Made by a program: the position numbers and the translations under genes. Source: Clostridia bacterium (GTDB lineage: Bacteria > Bacillota > Clostridia > Oscillospirales > CAG-382). Taken from it: a DNA stretch of 64,000 nt. The first letter of the stretch is position 1; each line of letters opens with the position of its first letter. The notes below the pieces were generated by a model, which was not told the origin of the DNA, searched no databases, and saw nothing but the letters and a program-made list of their open reading frames with translations. This document shows, piece by piece, positions 8,752 to 19,005 of this stretch. The stretch lies in the NCBI GenBank assembly GCA_017630915.1, contig JAGBUH010000253.1:5196-69195 (forward strand), written 5' to 3'.

Positions 8752-9510
8752 ATGGATCTTGGATTAAAGAACAAAAATGTGTTAATAGTGGGTGCCAGTA
8801 AAGGCATCGGGCGAGGAATTGTAAAAGGTTTTGCCGAAGAAAGTGCGAAAATTGTTGCGATAGCGCGTTCCGAAGAACTTTTAAAAGAAGTCGAAAGCGA
8901 AGCTTTACAATCGGGTGCATCTTCTTTCGCTTATGAAGTAAAGGACATTATGGAATGCGATACCCAAAGTTTCGCTGATGAACTTTTACAAAAATACGGC
9001 GTGTTTGACGTTGTTGTTCATAATGTCGGTGGTTCGCTTATCAGCCGTGACCATTTAGGTGGCGCTGATGATTGGAATTACGCTTTGAAATTCAATGCCG
9101 TTGCTGCTATAGATATGAATAGTCGTCTTATTCCTCCGATGATAGAACGCGGGTATGGCAGAGTTATTCATATTTCATCAATTTCTGCGATTATGCTTCG
9201 AGGCAATCCGTTATATGCTTCTGCCAAAGCGTTTTTAAACGCTTACGTAACAACGGTAGGCAGACAGCTTGCTCCGACGGGTGTTGTTTTGTGTTCGGTT
9301 ATGCCCGGCGCCGTTGCTTTTGAAGGCAGCTATTGGGACAAATCCATCAAAGCAGGTGAACCGAAGGTCGAAGATTTTTTACGCCATCATCAAGCGGTTA
9401 ACCGTTTTGGTACCCCCGAAGAAATTGCAAACGCAGTTTTATTTATGGCAAGCGACAAGTCCTCTTTTATGCAAGCGACCAATATCCCGGTTGACGGCGC
9501 TAATATGTAA
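8752..9510 (+). CDS. short-chain dehydrogenase/reductase (SDR)
   Basis: It has the Rossmann motif VGASKGIGRG and the catalytic YASAK motif. The track ORF starts at 8740, but the ATG at 8752 (MDLGLKNKNVLIVG) has a weak GGTG RBS and the usual SDR N-terminal length. The start is uncertain. Confidence 0.85.
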   Translation: MDLGLKNKNVLIVGASKGIGRGIVKGFAEESAKIVAIARSEELLKEVESEALQSGASSFAYEVKDIMECDTQSFADELLQKYGVFDVVVHNVGGSLISRDHLGGADDWNYALKFNAVAAIDMNSRLIPPMIERGYGRVIHISSISAIMLRGNPLYASAKAFLNAYVTTVGRQLAPTGVVLCSVMPGAVAFEGSYWDKSIKAGEPKVEDFLRHHQAVNRFGTPEEIANAVLFMASDKSSFMQATNIPVDGANM

Positions 9511-9519
9511 AGGTGTTTT

Positions 9520-10179
9520 ATGAAAAGAGTTTTTGATTTTACTGTAAGCCTTTTGGGTTTAATAATTCTTTCCCCTATTTTCCTCATACTTGCCCTTATG
9601 ATCGTTATCGATTCGCGTGGCGGTGTTTTCTTCCGCGGAGTTCGTGTAGGCCAACATGGTAAGGACTTCAAAATCTACAAATTTCGCAGTATGCGCCCCG
9701 ATTGCGAGGGCAAGGGAAAATGGAACGTCGGAAATAACGACGACAGAATCACCCGCGTCGGCCACTTTCTCCGCAATACAAAGTTAGACGAACTTCCTCA
9801 ATTGATAAACGTACTTAAAGGTGATATGAGTCTCGTCGGACCGCGGCCTGAATTGAGAGTGTACATAGATATGTACACCGAACGCGAAATGCCGATTCTC
9901 GATTTAAAACCCGGTGTTACCGATTGGGCTTCGATGACAAACTTCGAACAGTTTAAAGGTTTTACAGAAGCCGCAGACCCCGATGAGTATTATTTAAAAG
10001 CGGTCAGACCACTTAAACTCGAATTACAGCTTTATTATCGATATAATAACAGTTTTATCGGAGACTTGAAATGTCTATTTTGGACTGTTTACAAGGTGAT
10101 TACCAGAACGCAGAAACTCCCTGCCGATGTCCAAGCGATTGTTGATAAAAAACGAGCAGAAATGGAAAACACGGTATAA
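9520..10179 (+). CDS. small monotopic polyprenyl-phosphate sugar-phosphate transferase (PglC/WbaP C-terminal type, Bac_transf)
   Basis: 219 aa with one N-terminal hydrophobic hairpin and the motifs KFRSM, DELPQLINVLKGDMSLVGPRP. Confidence 0.9.
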   Translation: MKRVFDFTVSLLGLIILSPIFLILALMIVIDSRGGVFFRGVRVGQHGKDFKIYKFRSMRPDCEGKGKWNVGNNDDRITRVGHFLRNTKLDELPQLINVLKGDMSLVGPRPELRVYIDMYTEREMPILDLKPGVTDWASMTNFEQFKGFTEAADPDEYYLKAVRPLKLELQLYYRYNNSFIGDLKCLFWTVYKVITRTQKLPADVQAIVDKKRAEMENTV

Positions 10180-10207
10180 ATTACAAAGTGTAAAGGAAAT
10201 AATTCAA

Positions 10208-11347
10208 ATGATAAAAACTCTTTTTAGTGAATTTAATCCAAAGGGTCTCATTAAAAGTGATGACAAGCGTTTTCGATATATAGACGTTTTATATGTCATC
10301 GGCATTTTGCTTGTCGTATGGGGACATTCACACCCCATTGATGAAAGTTGGCATGGTACTTGGTATAGTCACTTGAATGGATTCATATATACGTTTCATA
10401 TGCCGTTGTTCTTTTTCATCGGCGGTTACTTAATGGTTTTTTCGCGTAGCGTCGAAGAACTCGGTTATTTCAAATGGGCATTGGGTAAAATATGCAAATT
10501 CCTAGTACCTTATATCGTACTAACCGCACTTGCATACTATCCAAAATCACTTTTGGGCGATACAAGCGACATTGTTTCTTTGAGTTTTGAATATTTTCTA
10601 ACCACTACGTTTTTAATTCCACGTATAGGTGTATGGGGACATTTTTGGTTCATTCCCACGTTTTTAATACTCGATCTCGCTTGGGGTGCTTGGCGTGCTT
10701 GTGTGAAAAAGTCCAATTTTGTGTATCGTGCAGGGCTTATAATTGGTTTTTTAGTTTCTCTCGCACTTGCAATATTCCCTCTTCTTTCTGATTACTTTGT
10801 TCTTTACGATTTGAGCCAAGTTGCATTGTTCTATGCTAGCGGCATTATCACCGCGCTTCTCAAACCTGTTCTGTGGGACAAGCACTGGAAGAATTGGCTT
10901 TGGATTGTTATCGGTGCATTGGGCACATATTTCTTATATCCTTTTGGAAACGCTGCTTTTAGATACACCCCGATTATTGGCGGAGATATGTTTTACCCGT
11001 ACAGCGATCAACCAATTAAATACATTCCTTTTAATAATTTTATCGTTGGCATGTTCCTTGTTTGGGCATGTTGGAATCTTGGGAAGTCACTTTCTGTTTT
11101 CAAATTCACAAAGTCGTCTAAAATAATCACGCAATATAATTTTACGATTTATCTCTACTCATGGCCTATACAGGCGTTTACAGATGTAATTTTACGTCGT
11201 ATAGGTACAAACTGGTTAATAATCATCGCCATTCTTTTTGCGATTGGTTTTATAGTTCCAGCAGCTATTATTTTCATTTATAAAAAAGCAACTTTCTTGC
11301 ATTGCAAATTCATGGATTATCTTATTGGCATCCAAACCACAAAATGA
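10208..11347 (+). CDS. membrane acyltransferase family 3 (glycan O-acylation)
   Basis: Polytopic protein with the motifs RYIDVLYVIGILLVVWGHSH and FHMPLFFFIGGY. I chose the ATG at 10208 because an AAGGAAAT RBS precedes it. The track start at 10127 overlaps the previous gene. Confidence 0.8.
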   Translation: MIKTLFSEFNPKGLIKSDDKRFRYIDVLYVIGILLVVWGHSHPIDESWHGTWYSHLNGFIYTFHMPLFFFIGGYLMVFSRSVEELGYFKWALGKICKFLVPYIVLTALAYYPKSLLGDTSDIVSLSFEYFLTTTFLIPRIGVWGHFWFIPTFLILDLAWGAWRACVKKSNFVYRAGLIIGFLVSLALAIFPLLSDYFVLYDLSQVALFYASGIITALLKPVLWDKHWKNWLWIVIGALGTYFLYPFGNAAFRYTPIIGGDMFYPYSDQPIKYIPFNNFIVGMFLVWACWNLGKSLSVFKFTKSSKIITQYNFTIYLYSWPIQAFTDVILRRIGTNWLIIIAILFAIGFIVPAAIIFIYKKATFLHCKFMDYLIGIQTTK

Positions 11348-11368
11348 TTCAAATGAGGTTAATACAGT

Positions 11369-12307
11369 ATGGACAGCAAACAATTAGCTTGGCTTATACG
11401 ACGACACGGCATTGAAATGACGCATCTTTCGGGCGGAAGCCATATCGGTGCAATTCTTTCTGTCGCTGATATAATGGCAGTACTGTATTCTGATATTTTA
11501 AAATACGACACCACCAATCCCAAATGGTGTGACCGCGACCGTTTTATTTTAAGTAAAGGACATGCAGGAGGTTCGGTATATGCAGCTCTTGCCGAATCGG
11601 GTTTTTTCGCAGTTGACGAATTGAAAACCCACTACCAAAATGGAAGCAGACTCTCCGGTCACGTTTCTCATCATTTACCGGGCGTTGATTTTTCAACCGG
11701 TTCGTTAGGACATGGCTTATCCGCCGGCGTTGGCATGGCACTTGCCGCAAAAAAAGATAAAAAACAACACGAGGTTTTTGTTGTATTAGGCGACGGCGAA
11801 TGTAACGAAGGTTCTGTTTGGGAAGCGGCGCAAACAGCAACTCATTTTGGACTTGACAACCTCATTGCCATTGTTGACAACAACAAAATGCAAAGCCTTG
11901 ATTATTGCGTAAACACACTTGACGCAGGTTCTCTTTATGATAAATGGTTCGCTTTCGGCTGGAATACATTTGTCGTTAATGGGCACGACCATGATGCGCT
12001 TCGCGATAAAATGAATACCATAAAAAACGGCAAACCCACCGTAATAATTGCCGAAACCATCAAAGGCAAGGGCGTTTCCTTTATGGAAGAAGATATTCTT
12101 TGGCATTACCGTTTTCCGCACGATGGTTGGGAATATGACTGTGCAGTAAACGAACTTCACAAAATAAAACCTGATGGCGTACAAGACATTTATACTCCGA
12201 ACGGAATTATAAATCCTAAACTTCCTGATGCTAATGAAATCAATAAAGATATTCACCATACCATGTCCGAAACATATAAACCCACTTGGAACAAGCAGGA
12301 GGCATAA
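11369..12307 (+). CDS. transketolase, N-terminal (TPP-binding) subunit
   Basis: 312 aa with the motifs GGSHIGAILSVADIMAVLY, SKGHAG and GDGECNEGSVWEA, which together form the diphosphate-binding motif of split transketolases. Confidence 0.88.
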   Translation: MDSKQLAWLIRRHGIEMTHLSGGSHIGAILSVADIMAVLYSDILKYDTTNPKWCDRDRFILSKGHAGGSVYAALAESGFFAVDELKTHYQNGSRLSGHVSHHLPGVDFSTGSLGHGLSAGVGMALAAKKDKKQHEVFVVLGDGECNEGSVWEAAQTATHFGLDNLIAIVDNNKMQSLDYCVNTLDAGSLYDKWFAFGWNTFVVNGHDHDALRDKMNTIKNGKPTVIIAETIKGKGVSFMEEDILWHYRFPHDGWEYDCAVNELHKIKPDGVQDIYTPNGIINPKLPDANEINKDIHHTMSETYKPTWNKQEA

Positions 12308-12309
12308 TA

Positions 12310-13230
12310 ATGAGAGATACATTCGTTAAAACACTCATAGAACTTGCCAAAAGCAATCCGAATATTGAGCTTATAACAGGCGACCTTGGTTTTGGTGTAT
12401 TAAAACCTTTTTGGGAAGCATTGCCTGATCAATTCATTAACGCAGGTATCGCAGAGCAAAACATGACTTCCCTTGCGGCAGGAATGTCGTTAGAAGGCAA
12501 AACCGTTTTCACATATTCTATTGGTAATTTCCCTACACTACGATGTGTTGAACAAATCAGAAACGACTGCGCATATCACAATGCTAACGTTAAAATCGTT
12601 TGCATAGGCGGCGGTTTTGTTTACGGTTCGCTCGGCATGAGCCACCAAGCAACCGAAGATATTGCTATAATGCGTGCGCTCCCCGATGTTGCTGTATTTG
12701 CGCCATGCGATTCTTTTGAAACGGTCGCTGTAACAAAAGCTATCGCCGAATATCACGGTACGTGTTATCTTCGTCTTGGCAGGGGCGGCGAAAAGCCGAT
12801 CCATAACGGACCGCTTAACGATTTTAAAATTGGCAAAGCTATTAAAATATCCGATGGCGAACGCGTTGCTATATTTTCAACTGGCGCTATATGCGATGAA
12901 ATACTTCAAGCACGCGAAGAATTAAAGTCCAATGGAATCAATCCTGCTGTATATACCTTCCCCACCGTCAAGCCACTTGACAAAGATACTATTATCGATG
13001 TGGCAAATAAATACGATGTTATCGTCACTTGCGAAGAACACAATACCATCGGCGGATTTGGAAGCGCAGTAGCCGAGGTTATTTCGGAATTTGATCATAA
13101 AGCACGCTTACTAAAAATCGGAGTTCCTGATTGTTATTCCACTTATGTTGGAAATCAAAAATACCTTCGCGGACAGTTCGGTTTAGACGGAAAAAGTATC
13201 TCAAAAAAGATTTTGGATGCAATAAAATGA
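12310..13230 (+). CDS. transketolase, C-terminal (pyrimidine-binding) subunit
   Basis: The motifs FINAGIAEQNMTSLAAGMS and GMSHQATEDIAIMR are present. The ATG at 12310 is preceded by a GGAGG RBS, and the track start at 12286 overlaps the previous gene. Confidence 0.88.
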   Translation: MRDTFVKTLIELAKSNPNIELITGDLGFGVLKPFWEALPDQFINAGIAEQNMTSLAAGMSLEGKTVFTYSIGNFPTLRCVEQIRNDCAYHNANVKIVCIGGGFVYGSLGMSHQATEDIAIMRALPDVAVFAPCDSFETVAVTKAIAEYHGTCYLRLGRGGEKPIHNGPLNDFKIGKAIKISDGERVAIFSTGAICDEILQAREELKSNGINPAVYTFPTVKPLDKDTIIDVANKYDVIVTCEEHNTIGGFGSAVAEVISEFDHKARLLKIGVPDCYSTYVGNQKYLRGQFGLDGKSISKKILDAIK

Positions 13231-14318
13231 AGATTTTGATTTTAGCAAATCATTTTAATACTTTACGCATTTTCAGGCGAGAATTGATCAAAGCAATTTC
13301 GCAAAACGGTCATGATGTTGTTATTTCTATCCCCAATTGCGACGATGAAAACAAACAAATTTTAGAATCATACGGTAGCCGTGTCGTTTTTACCGATTTT
13401 GAAAGAAGAGGAATGAACCCTCTTAAAGATTTGAAGTTATTACGCGAATACAAACGCTTAATCAAAGAGGAACACCCCGATAAAATTATAGCATACACAA
13501 TAAAATGCAACATTTACGGCGGTTTTGCATGTCAATCTTTAAAAATCCCTCATTATGCGAATGTCACAGGGTTAGGTTCTACTTTTCAAGAACAAAATTT
13601 AACAAGAAAAATCGTTTCTTTTCTTTATAAGTTCTCTCTCAAAAAGTCAAAACGCGTTTTCTTTGAAAACGAGGGCAACAAAAATACGTTGGTGAACGAC
13701 AAAATAATCAAAGTTGATCAAGCCGTTGTTATGCCCGGTGCAGGCGTTAACTTGAAAGAATTTGCACCTGTTGCCTACCCTACCGATAAACAACCTATTC
13801 GTTTCCTTTTCGTTGGGCGAATCATGCGTGAAAAGGGTGTTGACGAATATTTCGAAGCTATTAAAAGAATCAAATCAGAATATCCGTATGCAGCATTTGA
13901 TTTTATTGGTTGGTACGAAGATAATTACGAAGCAGCCGTTAAGCAATTGGAGCAAGAGAACTTAATCAAATTCCACGGTTTCCAATCAGATGTAAAACCG
14001 TTTATAGAACAAGCGCATTGTGTCGTACTGCCATCTTGGCATGAAGGCATGTCAAATACCCTGCTTGAATCAGCCGCCATGTGCAGACCTCTTATCACAA
14101 CCAACATTCACGGTTGTAAAGAGTCTGTAACAGACGGCGAAAACGGTTTATTAACCGAACCGAGAAATAGCGCAAGTTTGTACTCGGCACTCAAACGGTT
14201 TATTCAGATGTCCCAACAAGAAAGAATACAAATGGGGTTAAACGGAAGAAAGCACATGGAAGAATCCTTTGATAAAGACATGGTCGTGGAACTAACTTTA
14301 AAAGAAATTTTCGATTAA
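13227..14318 (+). CDS. glycosyltransferase family 4 (GT-B)
   Basis: The sequence starts MKILILANHF and carries the EX7E-type block EGMSNTLLESAAMCRPLITT. An ATGA overlap with the transketolase stop sets the start at 13227. Confidence 0.85.
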   Translation: MKILILANHFNTLRIFRRELIKAISQNGHDVVISIPNCDDENKQILESYGSRVVFTDFERRGMNPLKDLKLLREYKRLIKEEHPDKIIAYTIKCNIYGGFACQSLKIPHYANVTGLGSTFQEQNLTRKIVSFLYKFSLKKSKRVFFENEGNKNTLVNDKIIKVDQAVVMPGAGVNLKEFAPVAYPTDKQPIRFLFVGRIMREKGVDEYFEAIKRIKSEYPYAAFDFIGWYEDNYEAAVKQLEQENLIKFHGFQSDVKPFIEQAHCVVLPSWHEGMSNTLLESAAMCRPLITTNIHGCKESVTDGENGLLTEPRNSASLYSALKRFIQMSQQERIQMGLNGRKHMEESFDKDMVVELTLKEIFD

Positions 14319-14338
14319 CTATTAAGGAGCATAGAACT

Positions 14339-15445
14339 ATGATAAAACTCATGATACTCTTAGCAGTATCAATGTGCTTGGCGTATTGTTCTCAGCACGG
14401 CATATTGGTAGTTCCGCTCACAAAAAAACGAAAACTCGATATTCCTATCATAATTATTATTATCATGTTAAGTCTGTTAATCGGACTTCGAACGCACTAC
14501 GACGACACTCAAAACTATATTACAATGTTCATGGATTCGCCTACCGTTTCAGAATATCATGATTCTTCGCCAGGCTTTTTTTCAAACCCATTGTTTTATT
14601 ATTTACAGAGTTTTTTTAGACACAACGTAATGGATAATCACCACTTATTCTTTACAGTCGTAGCATTTTTCACTATTTCGTGTATCATCTGGTTTATAGC
14701 TAAATATTCGTCAAATTTCCCATTCAGCATCCTTTTGTTTTTCTGTATCGGCATGGTATTAGTTCCAATGTCTGCAATGAAGCAAGGCTTGGCGATCGCA
14801 GTAAGTTTAATAGGTATTGACCAATTGTTAAAAAAAAGATATATAGTGTATTATCTTTTACTAACTATAGCCATTCTTTTCCACGCATACGCTATAATGT
14901 TGATTGTTTTGCCATTATTTATAGGGCGACCTTGGACAATTTTTACATACGTTATTATTGGTGCCGTAATTATTGTTCTGTTCACTTTTGAATCAACAAT
15001 CACGAGTTTTTTATCCGTCGCTGAAGACGCGGGCAAAAGCTTAAACGAAGAAGTTTTATTGGATTCACAAGGCATAAACGTATTTCGATTAGCTGTTTTT
15101 GCCGTCCCACCCATACTTTCGTTCCTGTTTCTAGAACTCCTAAATCCTTCTTACAATAAAAATCGTCATTTGTTTATGAATATGAGCATACTCAGTTTTT
15201 TAATAATGTGTATGGGGATATTTAGCGCGGCCACTTTATTTGGAAGAAGTGCCGTTTATTTTGAAATAGGTACTATTTTGATTCTGCCTTGGGTAGTTGA
15301 AGAAATGTTCAACAAAGAATCCCGCGGTGCCGCATTTGTCATCGTGGGCAGTTGTTATTTACTCTTTTTTGCATATATGGTCAAAGACTTCTCATATGCA
15401 TATAGGTCTATTGATATTGTAGAATTTGTTAGATCCATAATATAG
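14339..15445 (+). CDS. EpsG-family polytopic membrane protein (Wzy-like polymerase candidate)
   Basis: 368 aa with more than 10 hydrophobic segments. GLRTHYDDTQNYITMF resembles the R..G.D...Y motif of the EpsG family. Confidence 0.6.
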   Translation: MIKLMILLAVSMCLAYCSQHGILVVPLTKKRKLDIPIIIIIIMLSLLIGLRTHYDDTQNYITMFMDSPTVSEYHDSSPGFFSNPLFYYLQSFFRHNVMDNHHLFFTVVAFFTISCIIWFIAKYSSNFPFSILLFFCIGMVLVPMSAMKQGLAIAVSLIGIDQLLKKRYIVYYLLLTIAILFHAYAIMLIVLPLFIGRPWTIFTYVIIGAVIIVLFTFESTITSFLSVAEDAGKSLNEEVLLDSQGINVFRLAVFAVPPILSFLFLELLNPSYNKNRHLFMNMSILSFLIMCMGIFSAATLFGRSAVYFEIGTILILPWVVEEMFNKESRGAAFVIVGSCYLLFFAYMVKDFSYAYRSIDIVEFVRSII

Positions 15446-15463
15446 TTTTTAAAGGCTCTAATT

Positions 15464-16447
15464 ATGAATAATAGCGTAAAAATCAGTGTTATTATACCCG
15501 TATACAATGTAGAAACTTATCTTGATGAATGTTTAAACAGTGTTTTGAATCAGGATTACGATAATATAGAGATTATACTTGTCGATGACGGTTCAACAGA
15601 TAAATCACCTCTAATATGCGATAATTATGCAAATTCACATGATAATGTAATCGTTGTCCATAAAGAAAATGGTGGCACATCAGATGCGAGAAACGTTGGC
15701 ATCAAGTGTTTTTCTGGTGATTATGTTTTGTTTATTGATGGAGATGATTATTTTGACGACACTTCTGCGATCTCGCAACTCGTCAAACGTGTCCAAACCT
15801 CAAATCCCGATATTTTGTGTTTTTATTTCAAAAAATATTATTCCGATACCAACAGAATCGTCGAGCAAAATATAACGAATTCTTCGATGCCAATTTTTTT
15901 GAATACTGTAAATGAACAACTAGATTACTTAATGAGTAATTTCATTTTCACGTCATCACCTTGTACCAAAATGATAAAAAGAGATACCCTTCTCAAAACC
16001 GAACCTTTTAAAGTCGGCGTTTATTCTGAAGATATCGTTTGGTGTCTAAACCTTTTAACAAATGCTCATTCGCTCGACTCGCTTAACATTTCACCATATT
16101 GTTATCGACAAAGGTTGGATTCCGCATCTCACGCAATCAATGACAAGAAATGCATCGATTTATGCAATAATATTCTTTCTTGCTTTGACATAGTAGCTTT
16201 AAATAATGAAATCAAGGATTATTTATTGTTTTATACAGCTTATCAATACGGAACATTCTTTATCGTACAAGCACTAGCAAAAAACGAATGCAAAGAATGT
16301 ATTTCAAAATTAGATGCATTTTCTTGGATTTTGTCTTACCACAATAATAATAAAAAAATATATATACTTAATATTTTATGCAAAATATTCGGTTTTAAAT
16401 TGACCTGTAAATTTATACGATTCTTTTATAAAAATCGGAGAAAATAA
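15464..16447 (+). CDS. glycosyltransferase family 2
   Basis: It has SVIIPVYNVETYLDECLNSVLNQDYDNIEIILVDDGSTD and the DxD motif in FIDGDDYF. Confidence 0.88.
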   Translation: MNNSVKISVIIPVYNVETYLDECLNSVLNQDYDNIEIILVDDGSTDKSPLICDNYANSHDNVIVVHKENGGTSDARNVGIKCFSGDYVLFIDGDDYFDDTSAISQLVKRVQTSNPDILCFYFKKYYSDTNRIVEQNITNSSMPIFLNTVNEQLDYLMSNFIFTSSPCTKMIKRDTLLKTEPFKVGVYSEDIVWCLNLLTNAHSLDSLNISPYCYRQRLDSASHAINDKKCIDLCNNILSCFDIVALNNEIKDYLLFYTAYQYGTFFIVQALAKNECKECISKLDAFSWILSYHNNNKKIYILNILCKIFGFKLTCKFIRFFYKNRRK

Positions 16448-16449
16448 CT

Positions 16450-17337
16450 ATGTTTCCAATCACGGTTTTTACTCCGGCATATAATCGTGCCGACTTACTA
16501 CCGAGATGCTACGAAAGTATGAAGCGTCAAACTTGTAAAAACTTTATATGGATGATAATCGACGATGGTTCAACAGATGGTACCAAAGACCTCGCCACCT
16601 CGTGGGTAAACGAACCAAATGATTTCCAAGTTTTATATTTTTATAAAGCAAACGGTGGGTTACATACAGCATACAACGAAGCGATTTCGCATATCGAAAC
16701 AGATTTATGTGTTTGTATTGATTCCGATGATTTTATGCCCGATGATGCAATAGAAAAAATTTTGAATTTTTGGAGTATTCACGGTTCAGACCAATATGCC
16801 GGAATAGTCGGGTTGGACTTTACGTTAGACGGTAACGTCATTGGTGACAAATTGCCCGACCAAAAATGTATTAACCTTATTGATTTATTGACAGGCAAAT
16901 ATCCCATCGTAAATGGCGACCGTACAAACGTTGTCCGTACAGAACTTTATAAAAAATTCGCGCCTATGAAGGTTTTTCAAGGCGAAAAAAACTTTAATCC
17001 GCATTATATGCATCTTCAAATAAGTCAAAATTACGACTTTTTGGTTTTAAATGAAAATTTAAGATTTGTAGAATATCAAGTTGGTGGAATGACAGATTCA
17101 ATGCTTAAACAGTATTTGAACAGTCCTAATAGTTTTGCCGAAATACGAAAATTATATCTAAGCTTCCCGAATACTTCTTTTAATTTCAAGTTTAAACATT
17201 CCATCCACCTCGTATCAAGTCTTATTTTAGCAAAAAAAATCAGAAAACTATTTTCTTATTCGTCAAAAACTTTTATTTCGCTGTTGGCTATTCCGTTTGG
17301 TTTTTTACTTTCGATTTACATCAAAATTAAAACATAA
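16450..17337 (+). CDS. glycosyltransferase family 2 with a C-terminal membrane segment
   Basis: It has TVFTPAYNRADLL...MIIDDGSTDGT and IDSDDFM, plus a hydrophobic tail FISLLAIPFGFLLSIYI. Confidence 0.85.
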   Translation: MFPITVFTPAYNRADLLPRCYESMKRQTCKNFIWMIIDDGSTDGTKDLATSWVNEPNDFQVLYFYKANGGLHTAYNEAISHIETDLCVCIDSDDFMPDDAIEKILNFWSIHGSDQYAGIVGLDFTLDGNVIGDKLPDQKCINLIDLLTGKYPIVNGDRTNVVRTELYKKFAPMKVFQGEKNFNPHYMHLQISQNYDFLVLNENLRFVEYQVGGMTDSMLKQYLNSPNSFAEIRKLYLSFPNTSFNFKFKHSIHLVSSLILAKKIRKLFSYSSKTFISLLAIPFGFLLSIYIKIKT

Positions 17338-17348
17338 AGAGAATTGAT

Positions 17349-18455
17349 ATGAAGAAAGTACTGTTTATAATACATGATTTATCCGTCGGAGGGGCGGAAA
17401 AAGTTCTCGTAAACCTTGTCAATAATATGGACAAAACCAAGTTTGAGATTACAGTCATGTCCCTATTCGACGTCGGTGTAAACAAACAGTTTTTAAATGA
17501 TGATGTCAAATACATAAGTTGTTTCAAATATCCTATCCCTGGCAACTCACACTATTTGAAGTTACTTTCTCCAAAGCAACTATACAAATGGCTCATAAAA
17601 GACGATTATGATATTGTAGTTTCATATCTTGAAGGACCTACCGCAAGAATAGTTGGCGGTGCGCCCGACGGAATAAAAGTCGTTTCTTGGGTACATTGTA
17701 CAATGCACAATAAACATGAATTAGCCATGTCTTTTCGTAACTTCGCCGAATGTACCAAGTGTTACCAACGTGCAAATGTAATGGTGTTCGTTTCAGAAGG
17801 TGTTCGAGATGCTTTCCAAAAATGGTGTAAAACAGAAAACAATATTATATTGTATAATACCAATGAGTCGGCGTCAATGATTGAAAAATCATTCGAAAGC
17901 ATTGATGGCAACTTTCCTACGACTTCATTCAATTGGTGTTCCGTCGGCAAACTTGCTCAGGTTAAAGGGTTTGATCGAATGTTGAATATTCAAAAACGAT
18001 TGATTGAAGATGGCAAGAATGTTCATTTTCATATACTTGGTGACGGAGACGAATTCGCCAAGTTGAAAAAGCAATGCGAAAACAACAATATAACAGCGCA
18101 TGTTACCTTTTGGGGCTATCAAACAAATCCATATAAATATGTTTCAAAATGCGATTTATATGTTTGCGCCAGTCATGCAGAAGGGTTTTCAACTGCTGCA
18201 ACCGAAGCACTTATTGTAGGAACACCTGTCTGTACTGTTGATGTTTCCGGAATGAAAGAGATGCTTGGTTACAACAATGAATATGGAATAATAACAGAAA
18301 ATGATGATGAAAAATTATATCAAGCTATAAAGCGTTTGATCGAGCAACCAGATTTATTGGAACATTATAAAAAAATGGCTAATGAACGCGGTGGATTTTT
18401 TAGCACCGAACGTACAGTTAAAGCCGTTGAAGATATGTTAATATTGACAAGTTAG
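17349..18455 (+). CDS. glycosyltransferase family 4 (GT-B)
   Basis: It has MKKVLFIIHDLSVGGAEKVL and SHAEGFSTAATEALIVGTPV. Confidence 0.85.
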   Translation: MKKVLFIIHDLSVGGAEKVLVNLVNNMDKTKFEITVMSLFDVGVNKQFLNDDVKYISCFKYPIPGNSHYLKLLSPKQLYKWLIKDDYDIVVSYLEGPTARIVGGAPDGIKVVSWVHCTMHNKHELAMSFRNFAECTKCYQRANVMVFVSEGVRDAFQKWCKTENNIILYNTNESASMIEKSFESIDGNFPTTSFNWCSVGKLAQVKGFDRMLNIQKRLIEDGKNVHFHILGDGDEFAKLKKQCENNNITAHVTFWGYQTNPYKYVSKCDLYVCASHAEGFSTAATEALIVGTPVCTVDVSGMKEMLGYNNEYGIITENDDEKLYQAIKRLIEQPDLLEHYKKMANERGGFFSTERTVKAVEDMLILTS

Positions 18456-18462
18456 GTTTTTT

Positions 18463-19005
18463 ATGAACTTTATTAAAGAAATTATTTATCGCCTCAGAGG
18501 CGAATTCACAACCGAAAAACTAATCAAAATGGGAATGACGGTAGGCAAAAATTTTGCCAGATTAAACGGCGTCATTCTTGATCCATCACATTGTTGGCTA
18601 ATACAAATCGGTGATAATGTAACTATGGCACCACGAGTACATATCCTTTGTCATGATGCCAGTACAAAACAATTTTTGGGTTATACAAAAATTGGCAGAG
18701 TCAATATCGGCAACAATGTTTTTATAGGAGCCGAAACCGTTGTATTGCCCGGCGTTAACATTGGGAATAATGTTATCATAGGAGCGAATAGTACCGTAAC
18801 GCACGATATTCCTGACAACACCGTTGTCGCAGGAAGTCCTACAAAAGTCATCTCTTCAATGGACGACTATCTTACCAAGGAAAAAGAAAACATGTGCAAT
18901 TCCGTCTGCTATGGTGCTGAGTATACGCTTCGAGAAAAAGTTTCCATTGAAAACCGATTGAAACAAAAAGACGAGCTAAATGGAAAGATAGGTTATATAG
19001 TGTGA
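18463..19005 (+). CDS. hexapeptide-repeat (LbH) O-acetyltransferase
   Basis: It carries the tandem hexapeptides IGNNVFIGAETVVLPGVNIGNNVIIGANSTV. Confidence 0.85.
   Translation: MNFIKEIIYRLRGEFTTEKLIKMGMTVGKNFARLNGVILDPSHCWLIQIGDNVTMAPRVHILCHDASTKQFLGYTKIGRVNIGNNVFIGAETVVLPGVNIGNNVIIGANSTVTHDIPDNTVVAGSPTKVISSMDDYLTKEKENMCNSVCYGAEYTLREKVSIENRLKQKDELNGKIGYIV

Noticed and set aside
10127-10207. N-terminal extensions offered by the ORF track. They occur at 13131, 30185, 31318, 23410, 40887, 44964, 47006, 48385, 50403 and 12286 as well as here.
   Set aside because: Each extension overlaps the preceding gene or starts at a TTG or GTG without an RBS. An internal ATG with a good Shine-Dalgarno sequence and a family-typical N-terminus is available in every case, so I used the shorter coordinates.
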